Shown: positions 11,299-21,064, counted from the stretch's first letter. The stretch is DNA of 64,000 nt from Nitrospinales bacterium (GCA_965223345.1 CBDCWG010000012.1:1-64000), one strand, 5' to 3'. Translations and numbers: made by a program. Notes: generated from the letters alone by a model not told the origin.

Positions 11299-12189
11299 TC
11301 AACGGGTTTTCAGCTTGAACTGCTGATACAGGTTGAAGGCGAGCGGGTTTTCGATCTGCCGCGGACTTTTCACCAGCCAGAAATCCTCCTGCACGCCGCG
11401 CAGCGTGCCCAGCTTTTCCCACTCCCCCTGTTTCTTGAGTTCCTGCCCGGCGAAATTCGGCAGCGGCACCAGCCCCAGCCCGGCTTTGCCGAGCATCTTC
11501 TGCACGGAGGTGTCCTGGGTTTCGATGACGACCCGCACCGACAATCCGTTCACGCGCAGGTAATGGTCCAAATCGTGGCGCAGTTTGCTGTGCGGGGTGG
11601 GGAGGATGAACGGCTGCCCATCCAGAGATTGAGGGAAACCGCGCTTCAAATGCCGGTATTTGCGGGTGCCCCAAAGCGTCACAGGGGCGCTTCCGAGAAG
11701 CCGGGATTGAAACGACCGGCCGCCGGTGAGCGTGGGCGGGAAATTCGATGCGACCAGATCGATGCGGTGCGCCATCAACTCGCGGAACAAAAACTCCCCC
11801 TCGCCTTCCAGCACGCTGATCAGGCAGTCCTCGGACTTGCGCACCGACTCGACCAGCCACTGGATCAGCTTTTTCGGCAGGCAGTCCAGCACCCCGATCT
11901 GCAGGTGCCGCCGGCGCGCGAAGGTGCTGTCCTGCAGCACCTCCTGCATCTCGTCCCCGAGACGGAAGATCTGGTTTGCGTACTGCAGGGTCGCTTGCCC
12001 GGCTTCGGTCAACACCAGGCGGCGGTTTTGCCGGTCGAACAACTCCCGTCCCAGTGCCTCTTCCAGTTGCCGGATCTGAATGCTGATCGCGGGCTGCCCC
12101 AGACGCAGTTTCTTCGCCGCCTTGGAGATGCTGCCCTCTGTGGCCACCGTCCGGAAATAAAACAGATGCTGATAATTCAACAGGTTCAT
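11299..12189 (-). CDS. LysR-family regulator, NhaR-like
   Basis: LNYQHLFYF..VA.EGSI..AA..L...QPAIS.QI..LE HTH; IGVLDCLPK and L..HRIDLV are NhaR-like. Confidence 0.85.
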   Translation of the reverse strand: MNLLNYQHLFYFRTVATEGSISKAAKKLRLGQPAISIQIRQLEEALGRELFDRQNRRLVLTEAGQATLQYANQIFRLGDEMQEVLQDSTFARRRHLQIGVLDCLPKKLIQWLVESVRKSEDCLISVLEGEGEFLFRELMAHRIDLVASNFPPTLTGGRSFQSRLLGSAPVTLWGTRKYRHLKRGFPQSLDGQPFILPTPHSKLRHDLDHYLRVNGLSVRVVIETQDTSVQKMLGKAGLGLVPLPNFAGQELKKQGEWEKLGTLRGVQEDFWLVKSPRQIENPLAFNLYQQFKLKTR

Positions 12190-12370
12190 CGCACAAGATC
12201 ATTGATTTTCTCAAACCATTTTATTCAAATTATCAATAAAACCAAAGTATTTTTTCCTGCATCTAAAGGGGCAAAGGGCAAAAAAGGGGTTGGAACCGGA
12301 AACGCAGTTTTATCCGGGCCCGAAACCGGCCCTTTAGGTTGAACCGCAACACATGAAGGAGGGATCAGCG

Positions 12371-12505
12371 ATGAAAAACACGATCAATTCGTTCTTCGGC
12401 TTTGACAAAAACTCTCTGTTTCATATTTTCATCCACGCAGGCTTCGTGGTCTCCATTCTCACCGGCCTGGTGATGCTGTGGATCGCGTATTTTGCCAATC
12501 TGTGA
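12371..12505 (+). CDS. 44-aa single-TM microprotein (not in ORF track)
   Basis: AAGGAGG RBS; MKNTINSFFGFDKNSLFHIFIHAGFVVSILTGLVMLWIAYFANL. Confidence 0.6.
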   Translation: MKNTINSFFGFDKNSLFHIFIHAGFVVSILTGLVMLWIAYFANL

Positions 12506-12547
12506 TCGGAAAATACGCTTCAACCTGAACCTATAGGAGGTCTCATC

Positions 12548-12661
12548 ATGATCACCGATGTTTATATTCTCACTTTACTGGGTGGGGTTTCGATCCTGGC
12601 GCTCGCCGCTTTTCTGGGCGCAGGCGGGCTGTTTGAAAAAGGCCCGGTGGATCGGTCCTGA
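12548..12661 (+). CDS. 37-aa single-TM microprotein (not in ORF track)
   Basis: AGGAGG 7 nt before ATG; MITDVYILTLLGGVSILALAAFLGAGGLFEKGPVDRS. Confidence 0.6.
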   Translation: MITDVYILTLLGGVSILALAAFLGAGGLFEKGPVDRS

Positions 12662-12671
12662 CCTTTACCAT

Positions 12672-12712
12672 AGCAAGCCCGGGGTCCTTGTTACTTCGGG
12701 CTTGTGCTTTTT
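12672..12712 (+). terminator. Intrinsic terminator after the microprotein pair
   Basis: CAAGCCCGGGGT...ACTTCGGGCTTG stem followed by tgcTTTTT. Confidence 0.6.
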
Positions 12713-12814
12713 CCCTCAACGGTTGTTGATTGCTTCGGCCGAAGGTGGGTAGCAGCCAAATAGTGAGGCGAAGCGTGAAAGCTCTGGTCAATCAGGGAGG
12801 TGTCAGGCAAAAGT

Positions 12815-12892
12815 TGGCGTCCCCAGCGGGATTCGAACCCGCGTCGCCGGCGTGAAAGGCCGGTGTCCTGGGCCAGGCTAGACGATGGGGAC
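12815..12892 (-). tRNA. tRNA-Glu(TTC)
   Basis: Reverse complement GTCCCCATCGTCTAG...CCGGC-CT-TTC-AC-GCCGG...GGTTCGAATCC...GGGGACGCCA; CCA encoded. Confidence 0.95.
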
Positions 12893-12920
12893 TTTCGGGT
12901 GGACGTGCGAAAAAGAAAAG

Positions 12921-12993
12921 TGAGCCGCGAAGGGATCGAACCTTCGACAACCTGATTAAAAGTCAGGTGCTCTACCAACTGAGCTAGCGGCCC
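12921..12993 (-). tRNA. tRNA-Lys(TTT)
   Basis: Reverse complement GGGCCGCTAGCTCAGTTGGTAGAGCA-CCTGA-CT-TTT-AA-TCAGG...GGTTCGATCC...GCGGCTCA; CCA not encoded. Confidence 0.95.
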
Positions 12994-13008
12994 ACGCGTA
13001 AGAGTGGA

Positions 13009-13037
13009 AAATTAACAGACCTATTTTAGCATGTCAA
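13009..13037 (-). promoter_or_regulatory. Sigma70 promoter of the tRNA-Lys/tRNA-Glu pair
   Basis: Minus strand TTGACA-17 bp-TAATTT with an extended -10 TG. Confidence 0.7.
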
Positions 13038-13121
13038 TGGGTTTTATTTTGGCTTGATTTTAAGGCCTAGGGCCCATAAGATCATAGGTTACCGATTGTT
13101 TCCCCTGAATACGAGGTCCCC

Positions 13122-14039
13122 TTGGAAAAATCCGAACTGATCTGGCTCGACGGCAAGTGGCTTCCCTGGCACGAAGCCAATGTGCACGTCCTCACCCACA
13201 CCCTGCATTACGGGATGGGGGTGTTCGAAGGACTGCGCTGCTACCGCACGGACCAGAACACCTCCATCGTGTTCCGGCTGCCGGAACACGTCGAGCGGCT
13301 CTTCCATTCCGCGGCCATTCTGGGCCTGGAGATCCCCTTTTCGCGCGAGGAAATCTTCGAGACGATCCTCGACGTCGTGCGCAAAAACAAGCTGGAGGAG
13401 TGCTACATCCGGCCCATCGTCTTTCTGGGCAGCAACAAAATGGGGCTGAACCCCGCGGGTGTGGACGTGCGGGTCGCCGTGGCGGCCTGGCCCTGGGGCA
13501 CCTATCTGGGCGACGACGGCCTCAACAAGGGCATCCGGGTGCGGATCTCCTCGTTCACCCGGCACCACATCAACATCACCCTGACCAAGGCCAAGGCCTG
13601 CGGTTACTACATCAATTCCATCCTGGCCAAGGCGGAAGCGGTGCGCGACGGTTACGACGAAGCCATCCTGCTCGATCCGAACGGCTTTATTTCGGAGGGT
13701 TCCGGAGAGAATATCTTTCTGTTTTCCAAGGGCCGCCTGCACACGCCGGCGCTGTCGCATTCCAATCTCGACGGCATCACGCGCGATGCGGTGTTCGAAA
13801 TCTGCAAGGACCTGAATATCGAAGTGGTCGAACGCAGCGTCACGCGCGATGAGCTGTACATCGCGGACGAAGTGTTTCTGACCGGCACGGCGGCGGAGAT
13901 CACCCCGGTGCGGGAGGTGGACAACCGCACCATCGGCAGCGGAAGCAAGGGAAAAACAACGGATTTGATTCAAAAAGCCTTCTTCGACATCGTCCGCGGC
14001 AACCAACCCAAGCACCAGAACTGGTTGACTCAGGTCTGA
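13122..14039 (+). CDS. ilvE: Branched-chain amino acid aminotransferase
   Basis: LHYGMGVFEG, YIRP, PLP lysine KAKA.G.Y, EGSGEN, GITR, GTAAEITP; TTG start. Confidence 0.95.
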   Translation: MEKSELIWLDGKWLPWHEANVHVLTHTLHYGMGVFEGLRCYRTDQNTSIVFRLPEHVERLFHSAAILGLEIPFSREEIFETILDVVRKNKLEECYIRPIVFLGSNKMGLNPAGVDVRVAVAAWPWGTYLGDDGLNKGIRVRISSFTRHHINITLTKAKACGYYINSILAKAEAVRDGYDEAILLDPNGFISEGSGENIFLFSKGRLHTPALSHSNLDGITRDAVFEICKDLNIEVVERSVTRDELYIADEVFLTGTAAEITPVREVDNRTIGSGSKGKTTDLIQKAFFDIVRGNQPKHQNWLTQV

Positions 14040-14173
14040 AGCCGGCCTCTCATCCCCCCCTGCTGGCAGCGCGGAACGCAAAAAATGCATGCGGATGCTT
14101 GCTATTTGCAGTTTGGGATTTTATCCTGATTTCAAGGTCTTGATGGTGCTGGATTATAAGGAGTCCTGGGTTC

Positions 14174-14551
14174 ATGCCGATTTACGAATACGAATGTGAA
14201 AAGTGTAACGCCACCTTCGAGGTGATGCAGTCGGTTTCCGCGAAACCTTTGAAAAATCACAAGTCGGAGGGTTGCGACGGCAAGGTGCGGCGGCTGGTTT
14301 CCGCGTCGGGCTTCATTTTGAAAGGCTCGGGCTGGTACGCCACCGATTATCCCTCCGAAGCGCGCAAGCAGGGCTGGGAAAAAGAGCAGAAACAGGCCAG
14401 TCCCGCGGCCCCGGACAGCAAAGCCCCGGCGGAGGCGCCCGCTGCCAAAAGCGAGACCAAGGCGCCGGCCCCGAAACCGGCGGCGAAAAAACCGGCGAGC
14501 AAAAACCCCTATGCGGGGGGCAAGAAAACCAAGGCCAAACCCGCCAAATGA
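14174..14551 (+). CDS. FmdB-family zinc-ribbon protein with Pro/Ala/Lys-rich tail
   Basis: MPIYEYECEKC and FILKGSGWYATDY signatures; AAGGAG RBS. Confidence 0.85.
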   Translation: MPIYEYECEKCNATFEVMQSVSAKPLKNHKSEGCDGKVRRLVSASGFILKGSGWYATDYPSEARKQGWEKEQKQASPAAPDSKAPAEAPAAKSETKAPAPKPAAKKPASKNPYAGGKKTKAKPAK

Positions 14552-14580
14552 AGTGACCCCACCCTCATTTCGAGGAGAAT

Positions 14581-15657
14581 TTGAGTTTGTTCGATAAAAT
14601 TTTCTCCTCCTTCATCGACGGCGTTCTTCTCGTTTCCGGCGATCTCACGATCCTGAAAAGCAACCCGGCCATCGAAGAGATGTTTCAGCGTTCGCACGAC
14701 GCCATCGAAGGGCGGCCGCTGGCACAACTGTTTGCCGAACCCACGCCCATCGAAAACAAGCTGGCCCGCACCTTCGCCACGGGCATCTCCTACCGCGACA
14801 TCGAATGCTCGGGGATCAAACGCAACAGCAAAAACCACTTTCCCGTGAGCCTCACCCTTTCGCCGTACCACAACGATGCGGAAACCATCGAGGGCATCGT
14901 GGTTCTGGTCAAGGACCTGAGCCTGGTCAAGGAACTGCAGGACACGTGGCGGCCGGTGGAGCATCTGGCGACGATGGGTTATCTGGCGATGGGCATGGCG
15001 CACGAGATCCGCAATCCTCTGGGCGGCATCCGGGCTTCGGCGCAGTTGCTGAAAGACGAGCTGCAAAGCGAAGACCAGCAGGAATACCTGGACGTGGTCA
15101 TCTCCGAGGTGGACCGCATCAACCGCATCGTCGAGCGCATGATGGGGTTCACCGGCCCGCGGCAGCTCGATCTCACCGAAATCAACATCCACCGGCTGCT
15201 GGACGACATCCTGCTTTTGGAAAAGAAACCGCTCAAGGAAAAAAGCATTCAGATCGAACGCATCTACGATCCCAGCCTGCCGACGATTCTCGGGGATGAG
15301 GACAAGCTCAAGCAGGTGTTTTTGAATCTGATCAAAAACGCTGTGGAGGCTTCCGGCGACAACAAAAAGATTTCCCTCACCAGCCGGGTCGGTTCGGGGC
15401 ACACCATCAAAGCCAGCAAGGACGGCAGCCCGCGCCAGAGTATCGTGGTGGAGATCACCGATTCGGGAGCCGGAATGAACGGCGCGACGCTGGAAAATCT
15501 GTTCACGCCGTTTTTCAGCACGAAAATAAAAGGCAGCGGCCTGGGCCTGCCGATCTCTCTTAAAATCGTTGAAAATCACGGCGGTAAGATCAAAGTCACC
15601 TCCGAGGAAGGCCTGGGCACCACGGTGCAGGTGTTTCTTCCGATAGAAAATCAATGA
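14581..15657 (+). CDS. ntrB: NtrB-like PAS sensor histidine kinase
   Basis: AHEIRNPLGGIR.SAQLL H-box, YDPSLP, NLIKNA, DSGAG, FFSTK.KGSGLGL. Confidence 0.8.
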   Translation: MSLFDKIFSSFIDGVLLVSGDLTILKSNPAIEEMFQRSHDAIEGRPLAQLFAEPTPIENKLARTFATGISYRDIECSGIKRNSKNHFPVSLTLSPYHNDAETIEGIVVLVKDLSLVKELQDTWRPVEHLATMGYLAMGMAHEIRNPLGGIRASAQLLKDELQSEDQQEYLDVVISEVDRINRIVERMMGFTGPRQLDLTEINIHRLLDDILLLEKKPLKEKSIQIERIYDPSLPTILGDEDKLKQVFLNLIKNAVEASGDNKKISLTSRVGSGHTIKASKDGSPRQSIVVEITDSGAGMNGATLENLFTPFFSTKIKGSGLGLPISLKIVENHGGKIKVTSEEGLGTTVQVFLPIENQ

Positions 15658-15669
15658 TAAAATAGGCGC

Positions 15670-17142
15670 ATGCAGCAAGATCCCAAAATTCTCATTGTTG
15701 ACGACGAAGCGAACATCCGCTGGGTGTTCAAAAAAGCCCTGGAAAAAAGGGATTTCGTCGTGCACACCGCCATCAGCGGCGAGGAAGCGCTCGACAAGCT
15801 GAACGAGAACGACTACCTGCTGGTGTTTTCCGACATCTTCATGGGCGGGATGAGCGGTCTGGAGCTGCTGGAGCGGGTGAAAGAAACCTCGCCGGAACTG
15901 AAGGTGGTGGTGATGACCGCGCAGGACACCATGAACAACACCATCGAGGCGATGCGTCTGGGCGCTTACGATTACATCAGCAAACCGTTCGACTTCGATG
16001 AAATTTACGCGCTCGTCGATAAAGCCCTGGCCGCGCAGAAGATCGCGCCGCCCGAGTCGCCCGACGAAACGCCGGAACCGGTGGATTTCACGCCCGAGGC
16101 GATCGTCGGGAAAAGCCGCAAGATGCAGGACATCTTCAAGACGATCGGCAAATCCGCGGCCACCGACCTTCCCGTTCTGATCACCGGCGAAAGCGGCACC
16201 GGCAAGGAGATGGTCGCCCGCGCGCTGCACTACTATTCCCGGCGGCGCGGCAACCGCTACATCTGCATCAACTGCGCGGCCATCGCGCGCGAACTGCTGG
16301 AGTCGGAGCTGTTCGGCCACGAAAAGGGCGCGTTCACCGGCGCGGTGGAGCTAAAACACGGCAAGTTCGAGCAGGCCAACGGCGGCACGCTTTTTCTCGA
16401 TGAGATCGGCGACATGGAACTTTCGCTGCAGGCGAAAATCCTGCGCGTGTTGCAGGACAGCGAATTCTACCGCGTCGGCGGCAAGGAGCCGGTGCGGGTG
16501 GACGTGCGCATCATCGCCGCGACCAATCAGAATCTTCAGGATCTCATGCAGCGCAAGCTGTTCCGTGAGGATCTGTTTCACCGTCTCAACGTGATCCACA
16601 TCCACATGCCGCCGCTGCGCGAACGGCTGGAGGACGCGGGCCTTTTGGCAGAACATTTTCTGAAAAAATTCGCGCCCAAACTGGCGCAGGGCCCGGTCTA
16701 CCTGTCCCCGGACGCCAAACGGCTGATCGCCCGGCATTCCTGGCTCGGGAACATCCGCGAACTGGAAAACACCATCAAACGCGCGCTGGTGCTCGCGCTT
16801 TCGGGACCCATTCTTCCGGAACATCTGCCCGAGCACATGGCGGCCGGTTCGGCGGCCTCGGGCGTGGACTGGGACAAGCGGCTCACGCAGCTGATCCAGG
16901 ATTACCTCAGGGAGCATCCTCTTTCCGAGGAGGACGACCTGTACGACCGGCTCATTCAGTCGGTGGAGAAACAACTGTTCGAGATCCTGCTGGACAAGTT
17001 TTCCGGCAAGCAGGTGCCCACGGCGAAGGCGCTCGGCATCAACCGCAACACGCTGAAGCGGAAAATCGACGCGATGAAAATCGAAATCAAGAAAAAGAAG
17101 ATTCCGCAACCCGCGCCGCCTCCCTCTCAGGGAGAGGCCTAG
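15670..17142 (+). CDS. ntrC: NtrC-like sigma54-dependent response regulator
   Basis: Receiver domain, GESGTGKE, GAFTGA, FLDEIG, Fis-type HTH LGINRNTL. Confidence 0.85.
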   Translation: MQQDPKILIVDDEANIRWVFKKALEKRDFVVHTAISGEEALDKLNENDYLLVFSDIFMGGMSGLELLERVKETSPELKVVVMTAQDTMNNTIEAMRLGAYDYISKPFDFDEIYALVDKALAAQKIAPPESPDETPEPVDFTPEAIVGKSRKMQDIFKTIGKSAATDLPVLITGESGTGKEMVARALHYYSRRRGNRYICINCAAIARELLESELFGHEKGAFTGAVELKHGKFEQANGGTLFLDEIGDMELSLQAKILRVLQDSEFYRVGGKEPVRVDVRIIAATNQNLQDLMQRKLFREDLFHRLNVIHIHMPPLRERLEDAGLLAEHFLKKFAPKLAQGPVYLSPDAKRLIARHSWLGNIRELENTIKRALVLALSGPILPEHLPEHMAAGSAASGVDWDKRLTQLIQDYLREHPLSEEDDLYDRLIQSVEKQLFEILLDKFSGKQVPTAKALGINRNTLKRKIDAMKIEIKKKKIPQPAPPPSQGEA

Positions 17143-17178
17143 GGCGCATCTTTCTATCTCATTCCCAGGTTCGCGCTT

Positions 17179-18144
17179 TTGGAAACTCGAAACATCGCCG
17201 CCTACGACCGCCCGCTGGGCGGGTCCACCGCCATCGTCAAGCAGACCTTTTCCCCGAAGCCACCCAGGACGGGCAAGCGGGTGTCCTTCGTCGCCGGCCT
17301 GCACGGCGACGAGTTCGAAGGCGTGTATCTCTGTCACCGGCTGATCGATGCGCTGCGCACCTTGCAGGCGGAAGAGCCGGATGCGTTTCAGGGCACGGTG
17401 AACGTGTACCCCGCGGTGAACCCGCAGGCATTGTCTTCGGGCACGCGGCTGTGGCCGTTTTTTTCCGTCGATATGAACCGGCAGATGGGCAGACCCGCAG
17501 GCGATTCGCTGCCCGCAGGCGTCTCGCACGCTCTGCTCGAGGACCTGCGCGCCTCCTCCGACCTCGTGGTGGACATCCACGCCAGCAACCTGCATCTTCG
17601 GGAACTGCCGCAAGTGCGGATCATCCAGGAATTCGACAAAAAACTCATCCCCTACGCGATGCGGATGAACGCCGATCTGGTGTGGGTACACCCGTCCGCG
17701 GGCGTGTTCGAATCGACCCTGGGCTGCAACCTCAATCGTTGTAAAATCCCCACGCTGGTCGTGGAGATGGGCATCTGCCTGCGGGTTGATCGGGACTTCT
17801 GCGAACAGATGATGGACGGCATGCTGCATCTGCTGCATCACCTGGACGTGCTGACACCGCAAGGCGCGCCGCCGGCGGTGAAAGCAACCCGGCTTGTCAA
17901 TCCGCAGCAGGTGACCCTGGTGCAGGCGAAACATTCGGGTCTGTTTCTGGCAAAAGCCCGATTGGGCGATACGGTCGCGAAGGGGGATGCGATCGGCGAG
18001 ATCGTCGATCCGGTGCGGGGCGAGCTTCTCGAAGAAGCAACCGCACCCGCCGCGGGCCTGCTGTTCACACTGCGGGAGCACCCGCTCACCTACCAGGGTG
18101 CGCCGCTGTGCCGCATCGCGCTTGAGGACGCCGCGACGCCGTGA
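17179..18144 (+). CDS. M14 succinylglutamate desuccinylase/aspartoacylase-family protein (intact active-site motifs)
   Basis: GLHGDE, DMNR, DIHAS, VVEMG; C-terminal barrel-sandwich domain. Confidence 0.85.
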   Translation: METRNIAAYDRPLGGSTAIVKQTFSPKPPRTGKRVSFVAGLHGDEFEGVYLCHRLIDALRTLQAEEPDAFQGTVNVYPAVNPQALSSGTRLWPFFSVDMNRQMGRPAGDSLPAGVSHALLEDLRASSDLVVDIHASNLHLRELPQVRIIQEFDKKLIPYAMRMNADLVWVHPSAGVFESTLGCNLNRCKIPTLVVEMGICLRVDRDFCEQMMDGMLHLLHHLDVLTPQGAPPAVKATRLVNPQQVTLVQAKHSGLFLAKARLGDTVAKGDAIGEIVDPVRGELLEEATAPAAGLLFTLREHPLTYQGAPLCRIALEDAATP

Positions 18145-19109
18145 ACACCCGCATCCTGTCCATTCCCGCGCCGATGGGAGGGAGCCTCGATCTTAACAAA
18201 AACGTCTGGGAGGACTCGCGCACGCCCGATGACATCGTCTCGATCGTCAGCGGCCTGCACGGGGATCAGGTCAACGGCCTGTACCTGAACGCACGGCTCG
18301 CACATTTTCTCGACGAGGTCGCGGCGGGCAAACGGTCCGGTTACCGGCTCAAGGGGCGCGTGCAGCTGTTTCCGGTGGTCAACGTCCAGGCAGCGCAAAC
18401 GGGGTCTCCCTTCTGGTCCTTCGACGATCTGGACATGGACCTCGCTTTTCCGGGCAATGAAAAAGGCGAGGTCGTGGAACGGCTGGCGGGGACCCTGCTC
18501 AAGCACACGCAGGACTCGACCCACGCGCTGATCCTGCGCACCGCCCCGCTGCATTACGAGGACGCGCCGCACCTGCAATGCTTCAAACCGGGACGGCCGG
18601 CGAAAAAAATGGCGCAGGGCCTGGGGCTGGAGATCGCGCGCGAGCTGGCGGACGATCCGGCATTCCGGATGAACCTTTTTTACCATTGGGTGCAGAAGGA
18701 CATCCCCTGCCTCATCCTTTCGGCGGGGCGGCCGCAGAGCCTCGACCGCGAGGGATGCGATTCCCTGTTCGACGGACTGGTGAACCTGCTGCTGAGCAGC
18801 GGCGTCCTCATCCACACGGCGCAGAAGGCGGAAAAAACGCAGACGCGTTTCTACAAGACGACAGAACAGCGGTTGCTGGCATGCCCGGACGCGGGCCTGT
18901 TTCTGCCGCAGGTCGCAGCGGGAACGGTTGTGCAGGAAAAACAAGTGCTGGGGGAGGTGCGGGACGTTGCGAGCGGGCGTCTGCTGAACACGATCACAGC
19001 GCCGCAAGCGGGCCGGGTGGTGCGGCTCAGGCAGTATCCTTTGATCTATCAGGGAGAGGTGGCGGCGATCCTGTTACCGGAGAAAAAAACCGGCTTCTGG
19101 CCGTTTTGA
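18141..19109 (+). CDS. M14-family paralogue with degenerate active-site motifs
   Basis: GLHGDQ, DMDL, ILRTA and ILSAG at equivalent positions; GTGA start/stop overlap with the upstream paralogue. Confidence 0.8.
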   Translation: MNTRILSIPAPMGGSLDLNKNVWEDSRTPDDIVSIVSGLHGDQVNGLYLNARLAHFLDEVAAGKRSGYRLKGRVQLFPVVNVQAAQTGSPFWSFDDLDMDLAFPGNEKGEVVERLAGTLLKHTQDSTHALILRTAPLHYEDAPHLQCFKPGRPAKKMAQGLGLEIARELADDPAFRMNLFYHWVQKDIPCLILSAGRPQSLDREGCDSLFDGLVNLLLSSGVLIHTAQKAEKTQTRFYKTTEQRLLACPDAGLFLPQVAAGTVVQEKQVLGEVRDVASGRLLNTITAPQAGRVVRLRQYPLIYQGEVAAILLPEKKTGFWPF

Positions 19110-19151
19110 AGCCGCATGCGATCGGCGGTCGGAACGGCTCGCAAAAACCGG

Positions 19152-19412
19152 TCAACCGGGTACCTGGATATTGAGGAAGAAGAGCGTGATGCCGGTCAGG
19201 GAGATCAGGCTTCCGGCCAGGGTCATGATGATGCCGCGCACGGTCTTGGGCATAACCATATCGGTTTTGCGGCGTTCCTGCTTGTAGCGGTTTCTGGGAT
19301 CCTTCAGCCATTCCTCTTCCTCGCGCTCCCATCTGGAACAGAGGCTCAAAATCCCGGCCCCGAAGAAAAACAGGACGATGCCCCAAATCTGCATTGAATT
19401 GAAAAAGTCCAT
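19152..19412 (-). CDS. Small two-TM hypothetical protein
   Basis: GGAG RBS; MDFFNSMQIWGIVLFFFGAG... and a second hydrophobic stretch. Confidence 0.55.
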   Translation of the reverse strand: MDFFNSMQIWGIVLFFFGAGILSLCSRWEREEEEWLKDPRNRYKQERRKTDMVMPKTVRGIIMTLAGSLISLTGITLFFLNIQVPG

Positions 19413-19648
19413 GATGACTCCACGAATGAAAATCCTGCAAGGGCCCACCGCTCCCGTTTGCGGGGGCAGCACGCCCGATTTCCCCATATATTCCATTATA
19501 TAACAAGTACTTATAAATTTTCAACGGATGGGAGCCCTGGGGCCGCATCGGGAGACCGTTCGGGTGGGCGCTCAAAGGGCGGGCAAGGCGTAAACACCTA
19601 CTTTTAAAAGGCTTGAGCCCCACCCGGCCGGCTGGGGCTCAAACGCGG

Positions 19649-21064
19649 TTATTTTTGCTCCAGGGTCCGCAGATAGTGGATCAACTGCCAGATTTGCTTG
19701 TCCTTGAGCGTGTTCTTGAACGCCATCATCCCGGTTCCGGTGGAGCCGTTCTGGATGATCCAGTGCATCTGCCCGTCTGAAATCCCCTGCATGGTTTCGG
19801 CGCAGGTGAAATTGCGCGGCTTGGGCGTGAGCGCCGCGCCGAGGGCGCCGCTGCCATCGCCCGCCTTGCCGTGGCACTGGGCGCAGGCCAGGGGTTTGGC
19901 GCTTTTCTGATACAGCTCCTCGCCCGCCTTGATGTTCGCCGCGGTGGGTTTCAAGGGGTTCTTTTTGGAGAGCAGGCTCACCGGCGCCTTGCGGGTTTTG
20001 CGCGGCTGCGGACAGTCGCCGCCCGCTTTCTTTCCGGGAACGGCGGCCACCTCCTCGCCCCCCTTGAAGGTGGTCTTCAGATAGGCGGTCAGATTGGCGA
20101 TGTCCTGCATGGGAATGGTCATGCCCCAGTCGGGCATCATGGAGGATTTGCCGACGCTCTTGCCGCCGTGATAGATCACGTTGAACAGGTAATCCTCGGG
20201 CATCTGATCGAAGGCCATCTTGGCGTGCACGGCCGGTTTGGGCTCGAGCCCCAGCGCGCCGGGGCCGTCTCCCTCGCCTTTGGGCCCGTGGCACTGCACG
20301 CAGTACTCCTTGTAGACCTGCCCGCCCTTTTGCGCGTCGGCGTTTTTAAAGGGCTCGCTGTTCCAGGGCTCGAAATACTTGAAATCCTCCACGCCCAGCG
20401 TCATCAGGTAGCCGATGATGTAGCGCGCCCCCAGCATGCTGAGATCGGCGAGGTACTCGCCGCTGTGCGGTGTGAAGTCCTGCGGGTTCTCCGCGAAACG
20501 GGACCACCAGTCGAGGGTGTAGCGGTTGCCCGCATCGAACAGGTCCACACTGATGGGGCCGCCGATCAGTTTGCCGTCCTCCTTGATCTGGTGGCACCCG
20601 AGACAGGAAAACTCTTTGTAAATTTCCGCGCCGAACTCGGCTTCTCTTTTCGTGAGCGTCGACAGGTCGACGAAACTTTTTTTGATGCGCGGATCGAGAT
20701 AGTTTTTTTCGAAATGATCGGCGACGGCGTTGGCGTCGGCCTCACTCAACACGGGATGCTTGATCTGGGTGCGGGAAAGATCCCAGCGGTAGCCGTTGGG
20801 ATACAGGTTGGGTTCCTTGCCGGTGAGCCAGCGGATGAGCCAGGGACGCTGGTACTTGTTGCCGGCCCACATGAGATCGGGACCTTTGAGTTCGAATTTC
20901 GATTTGGGTTCACCGGTGAAACGGTGGCAGCTCGAACACTGACTTTGAACGATCGATTCGCCGGTTTCCGCAACAGCCGGGACGGGTTGGGCGAGCAGCA
21001 TCCAAAGCCCTGCCAGTACCAGCCCGATGGGGAACCGGAGCGATCTTTTTTGTGGCCGTTTCAT
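19649..21064 (-). CDS. Periplasmic tetraheme c-type cytochrome (four class I-like domains)
   Basis: AGGAGG RBS, signal peptide, CSSCH, CLGCH, CVQCH and CAQCH. Confidence 0.9.
   Translation of the reverse strand: MKRPQKRSLRFPIGLVLAGLWMLLAQPVPAVAETGESIVQSQCSSCHRFTGEPKSKFELKGPDLMWAGNKYQRPWLIRWLTGKEPNLYPNGYRWDLSRTQIKHPVLSEADANAVADHFEKNYLDPRIKKSFVDLSTLTKREAEFGAEIYKEFSCLGCHQIKEDGKLIGGPISVDLFDAGNRYTLDWWSRFAENPQDFTPHSGEYLADLSMLGARYIIGYLMTLGVEDFKYFEPWNSEPFKNADAQKGGQVYKEYCVQCHGPKGEGDGPGALGLEPKPAVHAKMAFDQMPEDYLFNVIYHGGKSVGKSSMMPDWGMTIPMQDIANLTAYLKTTFKGGEEVAAVPGKKAGGDCPQPRKTRKAPVSLLSKKNPLKPTAANIKAGEELYQKSAKPLACAQCHGKAGDGSGALGAALTPKPRNFTCAETMQGISDGQMHWIIQNGSTGTGMMAFKNTLKDKQIWQLIHYLRTLEQK

Noticed and set aside
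12558..12978. Track ORFs 12558-12752, 12570-12791 and 12691-12978
   Set aside because: They overlap the tRNAs, the terminator or the better-supported RBS-bearing microprotein frame.
12720..13000. tRNA pair as an integration site of a prophage or ICE
   Set aside because: No integrase, phage genes or duplicated tRNA 3' end found in the window.
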